A stretch of 64,000 nucleotides of DNA, taken from contig OZ059896.1 in NCBI GenBank assembly GCA_964057225.1, positions 8,680,001 to 8,744,000 on the forward strand. The letters run 5' to 3'. Within the stretch, counting starts at the first letter, position 1. The number at the start of each line of letters is the position of its first letter. A program made the translations under genes and the position numbers. The notes beneath the pieces were generated by a model. It saw only the letters and a program-made list of their open reading frames with translations. It did not search any database and was not told the origin of the DNA. This stretch comes from Auanema rhodensis. Its lineage: Eukaryota > Animalia > Nematoda. Positions 37,818 through 51,657 of the stretch are shown in pieces.

Positions 37818-40800
37818 TTAATATTGCTGTATAGTTTCTGCATGTTTGTTACATTGTTTACTTGTAGCTTCGTCTACAAACAACGAAGAGCCTGGCAGTA
37901 CTGATCTCCTACGAATGTTCCGTAAGACTTTTTCTCCGCGTTGTTCATAATATGAGCGACTGGCAATCAAATATATTAGAAATTGAAAGAAATCTAAAAC
38001 TAACATGGCTTCCATATTGCTGGTTTCAATTCTTGTGCAGAAAGTTGGTGGAATATTTTGGAAGTTAGCATCAACATAACTTGTCAAGGAACCTATTGTG
38101 GAATAAATAGAAGAGATAGAATGTTCTACTTTTTGGTCTTGAATAATTTTCAAAGAGGAAAGGAATGTAGTGGAAGTACTGAAATGATCTGTTTGTTACG
38201 AATAGTTTTAATTAATTACTTTAATGTTATAGCTGTTGCTGACTCTTTGTTCCACAAAGATATTTCACAGGACCCTAAGATCTTTATTGATGTAGCTCCA
38301 AGAGAAATAAGCTCGGTGGATAATCCTGACAAAAGAGGGAAACTTGCTTTTGCAATTCTCAATGGAACATTTCCCTACAATTTATTTATCAAAAGGATTT
38401 ATAATATGTAATGATGCACCTCAAACGCTTTGAGAGTTTGCCCATCTGCATTCCATACAGCTGACATCATTCCTGTAGTTCCCTAAATTTGTTTTGTATT
38501 TTAGGCTTCAAAATTATATTACCTTGAAAACTGATACTTCTGGTAAAGCGTGTCCTAGGATGTTCAAACGTATACTAGCTTCAGGCTCAACTTCAAGATC
38601 GGTAGAACTTTCTTTCACAAATCCATCCACTCCAGCAGAATTTATCGAAAGCTGAAGAGACAAGTTTAGATTCCAAATCCCAATCTTACTTACTCCGAAG
38701 AGCTCTTGTTTAAACTTTCTTCCTTTGGTCATTACGACTTCGAAGTCTGTCGTTTTGAAAATGCCTTGATCAAATTCAACACTGGATTGCTTCTCGATTT
38801 GATATCCAGCAATATCTTGAATTAGATTTATGAAGATTGTGATTTGAAGACTTTGAAATACTAACTCTTAAGAATACTCCAATTAGCATTTGAATCAGCA
38901 TTCAATGATTTATGAATGTAATTAGCGCGGAAAACTTTGAAAGCTCTCATTCTTCTCCAGTACTCCATTTTCTATAAGAATTAAAAAAAAACTAGCTTCA
39001 GAATATTAGGGTTTACCAATTCGTCTTGCAAATTGCTTGCTAACACAGCTTTATAGAAGTATTGCCATTTTTCAGGATCATCTGGGAATAATGTTTCTGT
39101 TCTCAGAATATGAGTACCAATATTTTGTTGTTCTGGTAGAGATCTAAAAATTATTATTAGAAATACGATTTTTTTTTGAACCAACCTGATTAAAATATCA
39201 GTAGCCAGTTGCGATTCCAGTACACTTGTCTTCTGAGGGCAAGTATTGCGGAAAAGTTTCAACAGAAGTCCCGTAAGCTTTAAAATTTATAATATAACGG
39301 TGTGGAAGACAATGGAATTCTTCTACCTGGGACTCATATTGATGATGATGAGTTTTCTTTATCAAACGTAAAGCTGCTACCTGTTGCTTGGAAGTTGCTG
39401 AGTTATTGCAGAGATACTTTTTAGCTACTTGATAAGCACTATAAACATCAATAATTTGAAAAATATAAGATATCTATCTATACCTGTTGATTGGAAGGTT
39501 ATGAAGTACATTTAAAGATTGATATCGACAATCATCTGTCGTACAATTAGTGATAGTTGCAATGAATTTGTTTACAATCTTTGAAAATATTATCCAAAAT
39601 TACAATGATAGGAAAATTAACTTACAATATTTTTACCTTTATTGCATTCGTTCCAGCTGCTAGGACTTTCTTCACATTTTCTTTTCAAAATAGAACTAAT
39701 GGCATTAGCTATTTTCCAAAAACTTTTGTTTCCAGTTTCTTCATTCAGCCAATACTAAACAATTAGAAAAGCAATTTAACTAGTTTATCCATATAGACTT
39801 ACCATGAGTTGCTTGTGCCAACTATGATCATTGCTCAAAGATAATGCTGCAGTAAAAAGATAATCATCTATAAAAATTGGTCCTTCAATCAAAAGATGTT
39901 CACGAGCAACTTTCAAGCTTGTTTCAGTTCCCAAAGATCCCAAAATATTTCCAATAACATGTCTGAAAAATTATTATTCAAACACGTCAGTTCTAGTAAG
40001 ACTTACAAAACTGGCTCATTTTCGGGATTTAATATAATATGTTTCCAATCTTCAGGAGTTACATCGTAAGCATAATGTACAAGTTGTGCGTAAAGTAATG
40101 AATGTTGATCACAAGTATGGGAATCACCCATATCAAACAGATGATCTCTGTACTTTTCCAATATGTTAACAAACTAATCACATTATTTAAATTTTGTCAA
40201 AGCATATCATGCTTACCTTATTTTCAGATTTGATACCAAAATGCATGCCTTCATACAATCTATGACCCACATGTTTTCCTTTAAGACTGACTGCACATTG
40301 ATGAGCATTGTACTCCGATTTACATAGTCGGGGTACGTACAAACGAGTTCGATTAGTTATTTCGACATATAACCTGAATTAATATAACTTTGATAGATAT
40401 GTATGCTTTACTGATACCTGCTTTCCAATTGAAACCCATATTTAGGGTCAAGTGGATTACGCAACTTAGCTAGCTCGATTGCATCAATGATTACGATATC
40501 AGCATCAACTTTAGTATTTTGCCTATTAAACAAAAATGATTTCAAGCATGTAAAATACAAAACCTATAGAAGACCTCCTGAGAATACTCAACAGCTTCAA
40601 GTCCAGCTATTCTAGTGAAATTTCTATGAAACAAATGGGATTTTAGATATATTCAGCTAAGTTATACCTGGAGTTTTCATTACCAACCTTGCAATTGTTT
40701 ATGTCTCTTTTAAATTTTTTATCTGCTGGTCTTGAAAATTTAACGCTACATTCTCCAAAAACAGTGGGCTGAACAAAATATAAATTAATATGAATGAAAA

Positions 40801-41475
40801 ATGATACATACCACAACTTGGTTATCACCTTCTCCGTGTAAAGCTGGAGTATAAATGGAACTTACTATACCCCACAAGACATTCCAAGTGGATTCCGCAT
40901 TCGGATGTTCTCTACAAAGAACACAAAACTTATTAATTCTATTATATTATCTATATCACTAACGCGATGTCAATGTAAGCCGATTCTAAATTATTGCCAC
41001 CTTGAGTGAATGCTACTAGAACAGGAGGAAGGTTATTGCAGGGTCCTGTCTTACATTCTGTGATCTTTAAAGAAAAGTTTTATTTTAATTTAATACTTAT
41101 TAAAAACTTCGAAGCGGGCAAGAATATTTCCGTCTAAATCATAATGTAATGTGTGAAAAGAAAAATTTCCAGTTGTTTTAAGAGAAGGAGCATTGTCCTT
41201 GTTATCCAGATCTTGATATAAAACAGTTTCAGTTTCAAATTTGTAGTCCACTTTGATCAATCTTAAGAAAAATAATGGAATATACATACACATTAATGTA
41301 TGCAGTTCTACCTAGTGTGCTCTATTTCTTCGGTAGGTTCGACATTATCTAAGTTTATAGACAACTTTTCATCAGCATAAATGCCTATAATTATAAAAAA
41401 ATGAATATTAATAACTTTTATTAAACTGTTCTTACCTACAAAAAGAAGGAATAATACATAATTGAGCGACCTCAT
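37818..41475 (-). CDS. dsc-4: Microsomal triglyceride transfer protein large subunit DSC-4
   Basis: Signal peptide; vitellogenin-N-like DYKFETETVLY...GNFSFHTLH; PTVFGECSVKF; NILGSLGTETS; CTRIET...VLPGSS...CNKH. Confidence 0.85.
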
Positions 41476-42282
41476 TAGAGGTTAAGAACAAAACTGAGTT
41501 GCAATGTAGAACGACTGCCTTATCAGTGCGTGACACTAAGTATACGTTGACAAACAGAAGAGCCTATTGCCATCTAACACTGAATGATTAAAAAGCCAAT
41601 TGACATAGCTTCTCTATCTAATGTTGGCAATGAAAATAAAAAGATAAAACATTGGAGGAATATCCGTAACCTATAGTAGCCGTACATAAACTAGTTCCTT
41701 GCAAAGTGCTATTATGAAAGAACACATTAAGAGTTCAGATTTTTCATTACTATATTTGAACTTATGTTGTAGCCAATGTAGCTACACCTGCTATATCAGC
41801 GCGTGGATAGTACACCTTATCTATGAGCAGTTGTCCCTTTCTATGATGTTCTAGGAAATTCGTAAGATAATAATCAACAAAAATATGAATATTCGCATAT
41901 TTTATCCATTTAAATAAAACAATAATAAATGGTATTTACATATAGAAAATCAATCACGAGCTGTATTTTCAATATTTTCAACTTTGTGCTGCATATAGCA
42001 CACATAATACGTCTTCATTATTACAATGTAGATACATTCACAATTAATAAAATTTGTTAGAGGTGAAAATCATGTAAATTATGAATATAGAATAAGAAAT
42101 TGGTGGTTATTGCAGTAAGAAATATTATTGAAGAATATATATATTATGAAACGTGCGAAAGGTAAGCCAATACGAATAATATACAAAGAATGGAAAGACG
42201 CTGTTAAAAATTATTAAATGATCTGTTTATAAATCTATAATAGCTATATATGCTTTATACCCACATTCCAAATTTAAAGAAT

Positions 42283-43628
42283 TCACCAATCAGCTTTACT
42301 GAGATCCATTACTGGGGCAAACCTCTTTAGCTTCGCAGTGAAAACACTGCTATCTTCTTGATCTCCATCTTGCTCATAATCAGAGTCACTTTCATCAGAG
42401 CTTCTTCCGTGAATTCCTGACGATCTTCTGATTGTTGCAACACGAGATGCGATATCTTGTCCAACTTTATCAGACACAGAAAACCGAGACATACGGCTGG
42501 TAACTCTATCAATATCATTACGAGAAATCGCGTATGTTATTTGATCCATTAAGCCCTTAAATAAATTCAAAATAATTCGCTTCCAAAGATAAACCATACT
42601 TGTTTTCTCTGTTGACACTGTTCAATTTGACGAAGTGCTTTTTCAACATCATGAAGGGCAGAGGAAATGTTAGAATTCATTTGAATAATTCCTCCAGCCA
42701 TACTTTCAACTTCATGCCACTCGTCTTCAAAATCTGCCCATGAGGTTGAGCTAGCACACTTTTCACGCAAAATGAGGAGAGCCTAAAGAAAATAAAGATT
42801 AATATAGTTTTTTATTATTATCTGACATCTTCAACTATAGCTACTTCTTCATGACTGCATTGTTGGTTACGAAGCTTACAAAATAAGTTAGTGAAACGCT
42901 CATCGGTTACTTGTTTAATCTAAAAAATTAGTTAAAGTCACTTTTCTTCTTTTTTTTAATTACTTTTGTTGGTAAATACAGTTTGGTTATATGAAAACGA
43001 TGTTTTGATTCCATAACACAATGTGGGCATACCAAATGAGACTCAGCCTGAATATAAAATTGTTTAAGAAAATTAAAAATTAAACACATACCAGATCATA
43101 ATTATGAATGCGTATACCATCAACCAAATTTTCTACAACCTCATTAGGAGTGCACTTGATACAAACTCTAGCATGACGGGGATGCAAGCATAAACTGCAT
43201 TCAGAACATTGCCAACTTTGTTCAGGTTCATCAAAGAAAAGCTATAAGCAAAGAAATAAAGTATAAGTCTATTAGACGTCCAACTTTTTCTTTTGATCCC
43301 CCGTTTGAAATTGTTGGAGTATATTCGAGTTGAGATTTCAAACAGTGATTTGTGGGGAAAGCATAAACAGAAAATCCCATCCCGCATTCGTCACATTGAG
43401 CAAACCTATATGATTATACAAAAAAAGATAGGCTTTTAAAAAAATTACTTTTTAAGTTTGAGTTCTTTAAGGCACTCTCTACAAACAGAATGTCCACATG
43501 GAGCAACGTGAGGTAGACGTCTCTCCAAGTCTAAAGAGAAATTTGAGATTAAAAAAACTCGAAAAAGAAAAAGTTAAAACCTTACCGTATGGATTTTTAC
43601 AAAAGGTACAAAGAATAGCTTTGCTCAT
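42283..43628 (-). CDS. RING-finger protein with a second Cys/His cluster and coiled coil (TRIM-like E3 candidate)
   Basis: CTFCKNPY...PHVAPCGHSVCREC...CDEC; second cluster CSEC...CIKC...CPHC...H; helical C-terminal region. Confidence 0.75.
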
Positions 43629-44029
43629 TCTGCAACCGTTTCTATGAAACAAAAATGTTAGACTGACCAATATAGAAAATTGTTATGTTTTGAAGAAAGG
43701 TGGGTGGCGCGCAACCGTAATAGGACCTTAGGTTTTGGCAAATGCCATGACCTGTGGTCATCCCTTAACACTTCTAAATTGAGGTGCGAAAAGAAAAACT
43801 GATCAGGCAATTTTTAACGAGCCATATTCTCATGATTTACGATGTGTTCAAATCTATCTTTGGCTATTTTTTCTTGTTGAATTGTGTTCATAATTATTAA
43901 CTTGCAGTAAATTAAAAATAAAAACGAATTTTCAGGGAAAGATTGTTCATTCTCGATAAACATTTAAACATATAACAACAAACAAGATAACAATGATCAA
44001 CAATAAAAACGAACAGAAATATGACATTT

Positions 44030-46275
44030 TTAAGATTTGAATCGATCCAATACATGCTTTGGGCCCGTTTTTTCTTCCTTCTGCCCTCTTCCAAAGTATT
44101 CCTTCTCCATTTCTTCCTTCTCTTTGTTGCGTTCGACGCGAATATCTCCTTTGACTGTATTCTTTCTGAGCTCCTGAAAAATTTTTTTTTTCATATTTTC
44201 TTCATGTAATTCATGCCTTGTGGTATCCCTTGGAACGTCCTCGCATTTTGTGCTTTGGAGTATATTCGATTTGAACAGGACGGACATATAAAATTTTCTT
44301 TCTTTCTTCCATTGCATCTTCCAATAAGCTTTCATTAACACGGTTAATGTCATTGGGGTCAAGACATATAAGCTCAGGTTGAAGCTGAAATAATTAAGTT
44401 ATTAATATTAGCCTTAGCGTGAAGAATTACCTTATCAAGCAACTGTTTAACTTCTCTTTCTTTACGTTGGTTCTTCGTTTCGTAAGGATTGGCTCTCAAA
44501 GCATCTACATTAGCTTCTCCGCAACCTGAGAATAAAGTTATGATTTTTCACAATAAAAACATTAATTTTTACCTGGTACTAGCATACTTGTGAACCCTCC
44601 AGCATGTCCAATACCGAGCACATCTTCATATGGCACAAATGCTAAGCCAGTAACTGGCCCAGCACATCTGTGAACAACGTAAGGATCTCTAGTTGTTCCT
44701 AAGTGCATGTCAGTGAAAACCTGAAAAACATTTTCAATTGAATTTATAACTAAATTTGTTTTTACTTGAACAGTGTTTCCAATTGCACATGCCACAGTTT
44801 TTCTCTGGCTGACAGCTATATTAGATAATCCAAAAGGTAATGAATATGCATGTAATTGTCTATACATACGAACATCCCAAACTCTTAAAGTAAAAGAGGA
44901 ATATATATCGGGTGAAACAGCAGATCTTACCTTAACTTTCGATCCAAACCACTGGTGTACATGTAAGATCCACTATCATCTACAGCAAGCCCTTGAATAG
45001 AACCTGGATGGCATAGAAGCTTCACTAGAGGCTCCTTTTCGTTAGGCGACCACAATGAAACAGTTCCTTAAAACATTGTTAGAAAAACAGACAAATTCGA
45101 GAAAAAACCATTGCCATGACCAGTGTGAATAATAGCATTTGCCGGATTTTGGCACATAACATCCAGAGGGCCAGATTTGGTACAGAATGACGATACCATT
45201 TTTCCCATAGAAACATCCAAGAAATGAAGCCATGAATTTTTTGACTAAAACATAAAATTTAGCAAAAACAATTGTTACATAATGTTACAAACCCCAGCAG
45301 CAAGAAGGAAATGACGAGGTAAAAATTCTAAACGATTAACTTGAGGTAGTGTTTTAACACAATGCAATTCAGTTCCCATGTTATCATAAACATATGTATA
45401 ATGCTTTTGAGATACAGCATAAATGTTCTCTGTATGTAACCAACTGAAAAAAAAGATGATAGCAAGCTAAGACACTATAAACATACGAAACATCACGAAT
45501 ATATTCCATAACATTTGTTTCGCAGTGCAAATTCTTCGTTTGCCAATCCAAAGAAGCAATGTGTCCTTTTTTGCCACCTAATAGTAAGTGTCTTCCATTA
45601 TTAGTATAAGAAATTTTATAAGGCCCATATTGAGGAAGATTTAAATCAAAATGCTAAACAAATAAATAATAAAGTGATTTAAATTGAAGAATATTACCTT
45701 TGAAGCACTTGCCAAGTCAACAGCTTGGGCAATTTCTTTCTGACGGATTGTGTAAGTAATTTCTCCATTTTCAGTTTCTAAGTAACCTTCCTACAGAGAA
45801 AAATAAGTTTTCTAAGAACGAAAACATTTTAACCTCTTCTTTGTTTAGAATCTCAGCTCTGGCAGTGGTTTCAGCGCGGTTTACAAATGCCTTTTTTTTA
45901 TTAGCAAACTTTTGCTGATGAAAATTACTACGCATGGCCTTAGGTTCAATATGACCAGCACCTGAAAATTATTATTACACGTCGCTATTATCTATATATA
46001 ATATATAATACCTGTATCATGCTTTTTAATACGGGCTGGATCAACAGGTACAACGTCAGGAAATTTATCAGATGCTTTAGGCTTTCTATGAAAGAACTAT
46101 ACTTTTACTCAAGATTCTGTTGTACTTACTTAGGGAAATTCCCTTTTTTTATAAAATCTGATTTTCGTTTCATTGTCAAATACTTTTTATATTCTATTCT
46201 ATTCATACTTCGTTGAGATACTCCCTCAACAGGAGTTTCATCTTGGGCGACGTATTTCAAAACCTCCGTTGACAT
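44030..46275 (-). CDS. wdr-46: WD40/BING4CT SSU processome protein WDR46/Utp7
   Basis: [91 protein letters not shown]. Confidence 0.93.
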
Positions 46276-46747
46276 TCTTAAAAATCGAATAACAAAACAT
46301 ATGAAAACAGTTTTGATAATATAACGAGTGGTTCAAACCAATATAATAATGAAAAAATGACATTTTATTACAAATTATTTAGAAAAAAAAAAGATTACAA
46401 ATTTTTTAATAAATAAGAGCTGAACCCTAAAACATTGAGCCGGTTAAATCTATCAAGTAATCTTAATAATGCACAGCTAACAATTACAAGAAAAAATTAC
46501 AGCTACTTTGGGTATCTGAATCACAGTTTAATACCAATGAACGCAAAAAGTTTGAAAGAAAAAATAATAAATAAGTGTCATAGGGAGCAAAATTTGTTTT
46601 CCCCGTACACCAACATACCAGACTAATGAAACACGAAACACGACTAGTCTTAGGTATTAATATATTGAATGGCTGGGCAAGAACAATAGGGAAAACCCTC
46701 GATCTTAATTGTATTAATCATAAAAACACTAAAATAAAATATCAACA

Positions 46748-49700
46748 TTAGTTATTAGAAATTTCTCGTTTGATATGTTGCAAGAACTCTATGTATGAAT
46801 GCGAAGATTCACTGCGATCGTCAATAAGCTTCCTCACAAATAGTTCACGTTTGGGAGAATCCTCTCTGAAAGTATTCACTGAGCATCAAAAATAGAGAAA
46901 ATACATACTTTACTATTATGACTGGCCCTAAATAGAATTTTTGACTCGTTATATGCTTCAAAAATACGAAGAACTTCTCAGATACCGGGTTTGCTAGCTC
47001 TACTATGGACTGAAAAAAATGGAAAGATAACAATAGATTCAAAAGGGAAATCAATAACCTCATCGATTTGACTGAATTGGCAACCAAACAGATCCTGTAG
47101 TAGTTTGGGATCAGAAGCTGACGATACGTATAGAAACAGGGATGAACCAGCTTCCATAAGATAAACACCATCTCTATTAATATGCTCAAAGCTCAATGGC
47201 AAATAAGGGGGCCATTCGTCATTTTCGTACTAAAATAATTATTTTTTAAAAGTATCATGGGCGCTATTACCTGTGCTATTTCATTTATTCTGTAGAGCTT
47301 TGGATAGAATTCTGAGAGTATCTGCTCAAGAGGAGAAAACCTTAAATTCAACATGGCTCCAACACGATCATCAAGGCGAATACTTCGGCCAGCCAAGAAA
47401 GCGTTCTAAAAACAGTAATAAATAAATTTTATACAATGAAGTTCTAACATGTTTGAGCATGGCAAGAGCAAATAGAGGATACATTCGAAGATGACCCTCT
47501 CTCGGAGCAAAAAGATTTCCTCGTCCAGCGCATGTTTTTTGATAAGCGCCCAAAGTATCCACTACTGCGTTAACTATTGCTTCTCGAGAATCAGAAAGTG
47601 GGCTTCCAGTCATCGAACGTTCAACACCTTCAAGAAGAATAATATGTATCATTATAAAGTGAATAATTATTACCAATTTTTGACAATAACGAAACAGCAG
47701 CTTTGACATCGAATGATGAGTAGATTTTCTTCATATCAGTAGTTGTGGGCAGGCATATTGTATGCACTCTAATACGGCGATCACCCTTGCTAGATGTGTA
47801 CAGCAAAGCAGCTTGAAATGAAACAGTTGGCCCTAACTTTTCTTCCAAATTCACCTAAATATTTTAAAATATAATATATGTAAATAAATCATACAAAAAT
47901 ACCTGAACTGCAATAGCAGAATCTGGATTAACATTAGCAAGGGCTAAGAGATCGGTAGATCGTAAGAAGAAGTTACCATAGAAAGATGATAATCCAAGCC
48001 CTTTGAATTATGCTGATAAAAAAGACATTTCATTTACAATTACCTCGAGAACAGCGAATTCTAAGAACAGCTTCAAATCCTATCTTTCTAGTCAAATATC
48101 TACCCAAAATCTTCTCAAACCGTTTCACCTGAAGAAACATTTATCATTATATAAATATGTATTCTCTTAAACCTGAACAGTATCATTGAGACAATGGTAG
48201 TTCGGGAAATAGTAAACGCAACCCGTAGAGAACTTCGAAACTTCCGCTAAATAAGTTATCATTACAGAAAATCAACAAAGGTAAAACTTACATAGAGTAG
48301 CAATATCCGAGTACTGACTATTAAACATGAACAAATCTAGAGCGATTTGATGCCCAGTACAGTCAAGTGAAACCCTCTTGAAAAAATCATTCGCAGGACC
48401 AAGATTTTGTACATCCGAAGCAGCTCTTTGATTAGGGTCTTCCCGCGACGTTAAAGCACCAGGACCTATAGTTGGCAGTGTAGCTTGGAACAACGATATT
48501 CGTCCTCCAACATCGGCCTATTAAACATATATATATACAATGCATAGTTAAAGAAAAAATTACAATCAGCTCGTGAGCAATATTGAGAGCAGCTCCTAAA
48601 CAATTTGAAGAGCTAGACGGTTTCTCAAAAATCTGTGGAATCTTTTGGATAAAAGAACGCAAGCTCTAGAAAATCATATATATATATATATAAAAAAGAT
48701 AAAACAATAAGCACCTCTTTATTTTTCTTCAAAGAAACTAGAAGTCCGGCATTTGAGGGCAAAAACATTTCTAAAAAATAGAATATAAAAAAAAATCAAA
48801 ATTGTATGAAAATACCATCGACATCATCGACAATTAACTGTTTTGGTGGTCGATTACCATTTGAAGAGAATTGGAAGAAATGAATATTGGAATCTACACC
48901 GATAAAAGCCAGCTAAATCAGAAATAATTATATATTTAAATATCTTCTTTTTACCTGAGTTCTATCATCCCCAGGTAGCACGTCTAGGTTAATGAGAAGT
49001 TGTTCTGACAAGGTGTAAAGATAACCTGTAAAACAACATTTTTGAGGAACGAAAAGAAATACTTACCAGATTCTATGGCGGGTGCACTAACGTCAAAAAC
49101 AAAAACGTATACAGCCGGCTGTGGAGGTCTCAACTGCAATAGAATTGAAAATTATAATTAATAATTAAAAATTAAAAAGAAAAACAGATACAAGGACCAA
49201 AAGAACTAAAAAGCCGTGCTATACAGAGGTTGCCGAGGCTAAAGTTGCCATCAAACAACTAACCTCATTTATACCTTCTAGGTTTTTCCGTACAGGCTAA
49301 AACATCGATTGTTATTCTACTAACGAAACAAAAAAATCATGAAGTAATATGTGAAGTTGAAGGAACGCAAGATAAATTGTAGCAACTAACCATATATTCC
49401 GAAGGGGCGATGAATTCAACAGTTGCATGTTGGATTTCAGGGCGATTTACAGGATCTCCGAATGTTTTAGTTGAATGATCCCAGCAGAAATCATCGCGAA
49501 CTGAAAAATAAAAAAAATTAAATTTTGCACTGAAGTTATAAGCTTACGTTCATTAGATCTGCCACAAAGATTACATTTCCAATGTCTGTTATCAGGCATA
49601 TACACAAAAGGATTAATATATGTTCGACAGTATTTACATCTTACGATAATAGAGGTTTGGATTATATTAAGATTCTATGATGAAAACTAGAATAAAATGA

Positions 49701-51234
49701 AATAATTGTTAAAAATACCTTCATATCTCTGAATGGATGAAGAGTAAGACCAAAAGGCAGTCTACTTTTCTTGAGTAGCTCTTCTGTCTGAGGAATAGCG
49801 TTAAGAGTGCTTCGAAACACACTATAACATCATAATAAAGTTTAAAATGAAAAAGAAAAGGTGAAACCTTGGATCTACTCTAGCTTTATTATTAGCCATT
49901 GTTTCAGGAAGATCATAAGCAATTTCTTCATTGAAATGTTGTATAACATTACGATCTGTCATTAAATCCACGAAATTACTCACAGGAGCTTGCCCAGCCC
50001 AATTATTAGGTTGATTTGAAATATTCTAAATAAAGAATTATTATTTTGCTGACGATACAAAAAAGCACCATTTGACCAAAAGCTTGTTGCGTTTGAGAAT
50101 ATCCCATTGCATTGGTATGTTGATACCCTGGAGCGGGTTGGGCATAGTTAACAGCATGATTAGGAGGGATGCCAGGAGCACCTTAAATTTAAAAAAATGT
50201 AAATACCTATGTAGACAACAAACCCTGCATGTTTGGAGGCTGGGAATTCGATGAAACCGGAAGATTTTGGACAGGCACCTAAAAATGACACATCATAGTT
50301 TGATGATAGTAGTGTTAACTCACATTTTGAAGTTGGGGAGTATAAATAGAAGAACTCGGCTGATTTGGTAGTCCTCCACTAATATTAGGAGTACCTGGAT
50401 GTACACTCGGGGGGAAAGAATTCACAGGAGGTTGAGAAGCCGCTAGATTAGGAGTTTGACTATACGATGGCACCGTAGGAGTTGCAGAAGTCGTAAATTG
50501 TGCTCCCGGAGGAGAGGAATGTTGACCGGTAAAAGGCATTGGTGGCATCGCAGGAAATCCCTAAATTAAACGTTTTAATTGTCGTTAAAAAAATTTAAAA
50601 ACCTGAGATGCTGCGCTTGGGTAATGAACAGAAGGCGGTCCAGGTTGGGGCGGTCCCTAAGAAAACATGAAATCTTTATAGGCTTATCAATAAACTTACA
50701 GGTCTAACAGCTGACCCATTAGGCGTCGTAGCTACAGGAGCATTTTGTTGCAAGTAAGGCTTAAATGCTGAGGGTTGCTGGTTTGATCCTGCTATTGGAT
50801 GATTCTTAAAACATTTAACGTAAAGAAAATGGTTTAAAATAAATTTAAAATTTTCACAAGAAAATTAAAATTGGTAATAAAAAAAATACTACAAACTAAA
50901 ATAAAAACAAACAAGCAAACTAAAATAAAAAACATAAAATACAAAAAAACTTACTAAGCGAGGTTGAGGCTGTGTAGGAAACGCAGGTACACCATTAGCA
51001 GCAACTGATGGAAATGCTGGAGGTTTAAAAGTTTGTGGTGGAGGTGCGCTAAAAAATTACATATTTTAGGGATTGAAAATATAAAAAAACTAGCCTATTG
51101 TTTACAGAAGGTGGAGGGTTTTGTGAGTTAGGAATTTGCCCAGGAGCTGGATATGGATATGGATTTGATGGCTGTACATAGCCTAGCTTCTGTGGCCACT
51201 CCCCTGTTCTGTTCCCAAAATTAGGATCTGCCAT
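46748..51234 (-). CDS. sec-24.2: COPII cargo adaptor Sec24 (SEC24A/B type)
   Basis: Pro-rich N-terminus; LPFGLTLHPFRD; zinc finger CKYCRTYINPF...CNLC; EFIAPSEYMLRPPQP; GFEAVLRIRCS; FQAALLYTSSKGDRRIRVHT; SYIEFLQHIKRE. Confidence 0.93.
48677..48692. repeat. (TA)n microsatellite in sec-24.2 intron
   Basis: uninterrupted TA run. Confidence 0.8.
49264..49296 (-). CDS. Candidate 33-nt cassette microexon of sec-24.2 (PVRKNLEGINE)
   Basis: TTTTAG acceptor, GAG|GTTAGT donor, phase 0/0 and stop-free, inside an unusually long (about 256 nt) intron. Confidence 0.6.
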
Positions 51235-51657
51235 ACAATCTCCAAACAGACCCTAATATTATAAAAAAAATAATCAATAAAATGAAAATTAGAATACGAA
51301 TTTAAATAAAAATAATATTATTATACATCTTTCAGCCGCTTGGCAACGGTGGTGACGGGGAAATTTTCTAATAAGCCGTAGTCCTGCCACGATTGTTTGA
51401 ATATGGTGGCCAAACGATAACAACTTTGAATGAATGGAAGAGGTCGATATAGTGGTATTTCTTTTCATACTTCTTGACTTACTTTATTTTATTTTTTATT
51501 TATTTTTAAATTTTTTATTCAAATATAAATAAGCATAATGTATAGAGCATTTTATAATATGCAGGTTTTAAATTTTGAAATCTATTCTTTAGCGTGACGC
51601 TTCGTGAGCGGTCGTGCTTATAACGTCTCCATATTTTCAGGCTCCCATAATTGCGGA
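51235..51657. promoter_or_regulatory. Bidirectional promoter/outron region shared by sec-24.2 and ccr-4
   Basis: Divergent ATGs at 51234 and 51658, about 420 bp apart, each preceded by a splice acceptor. Confidence 0.6.
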
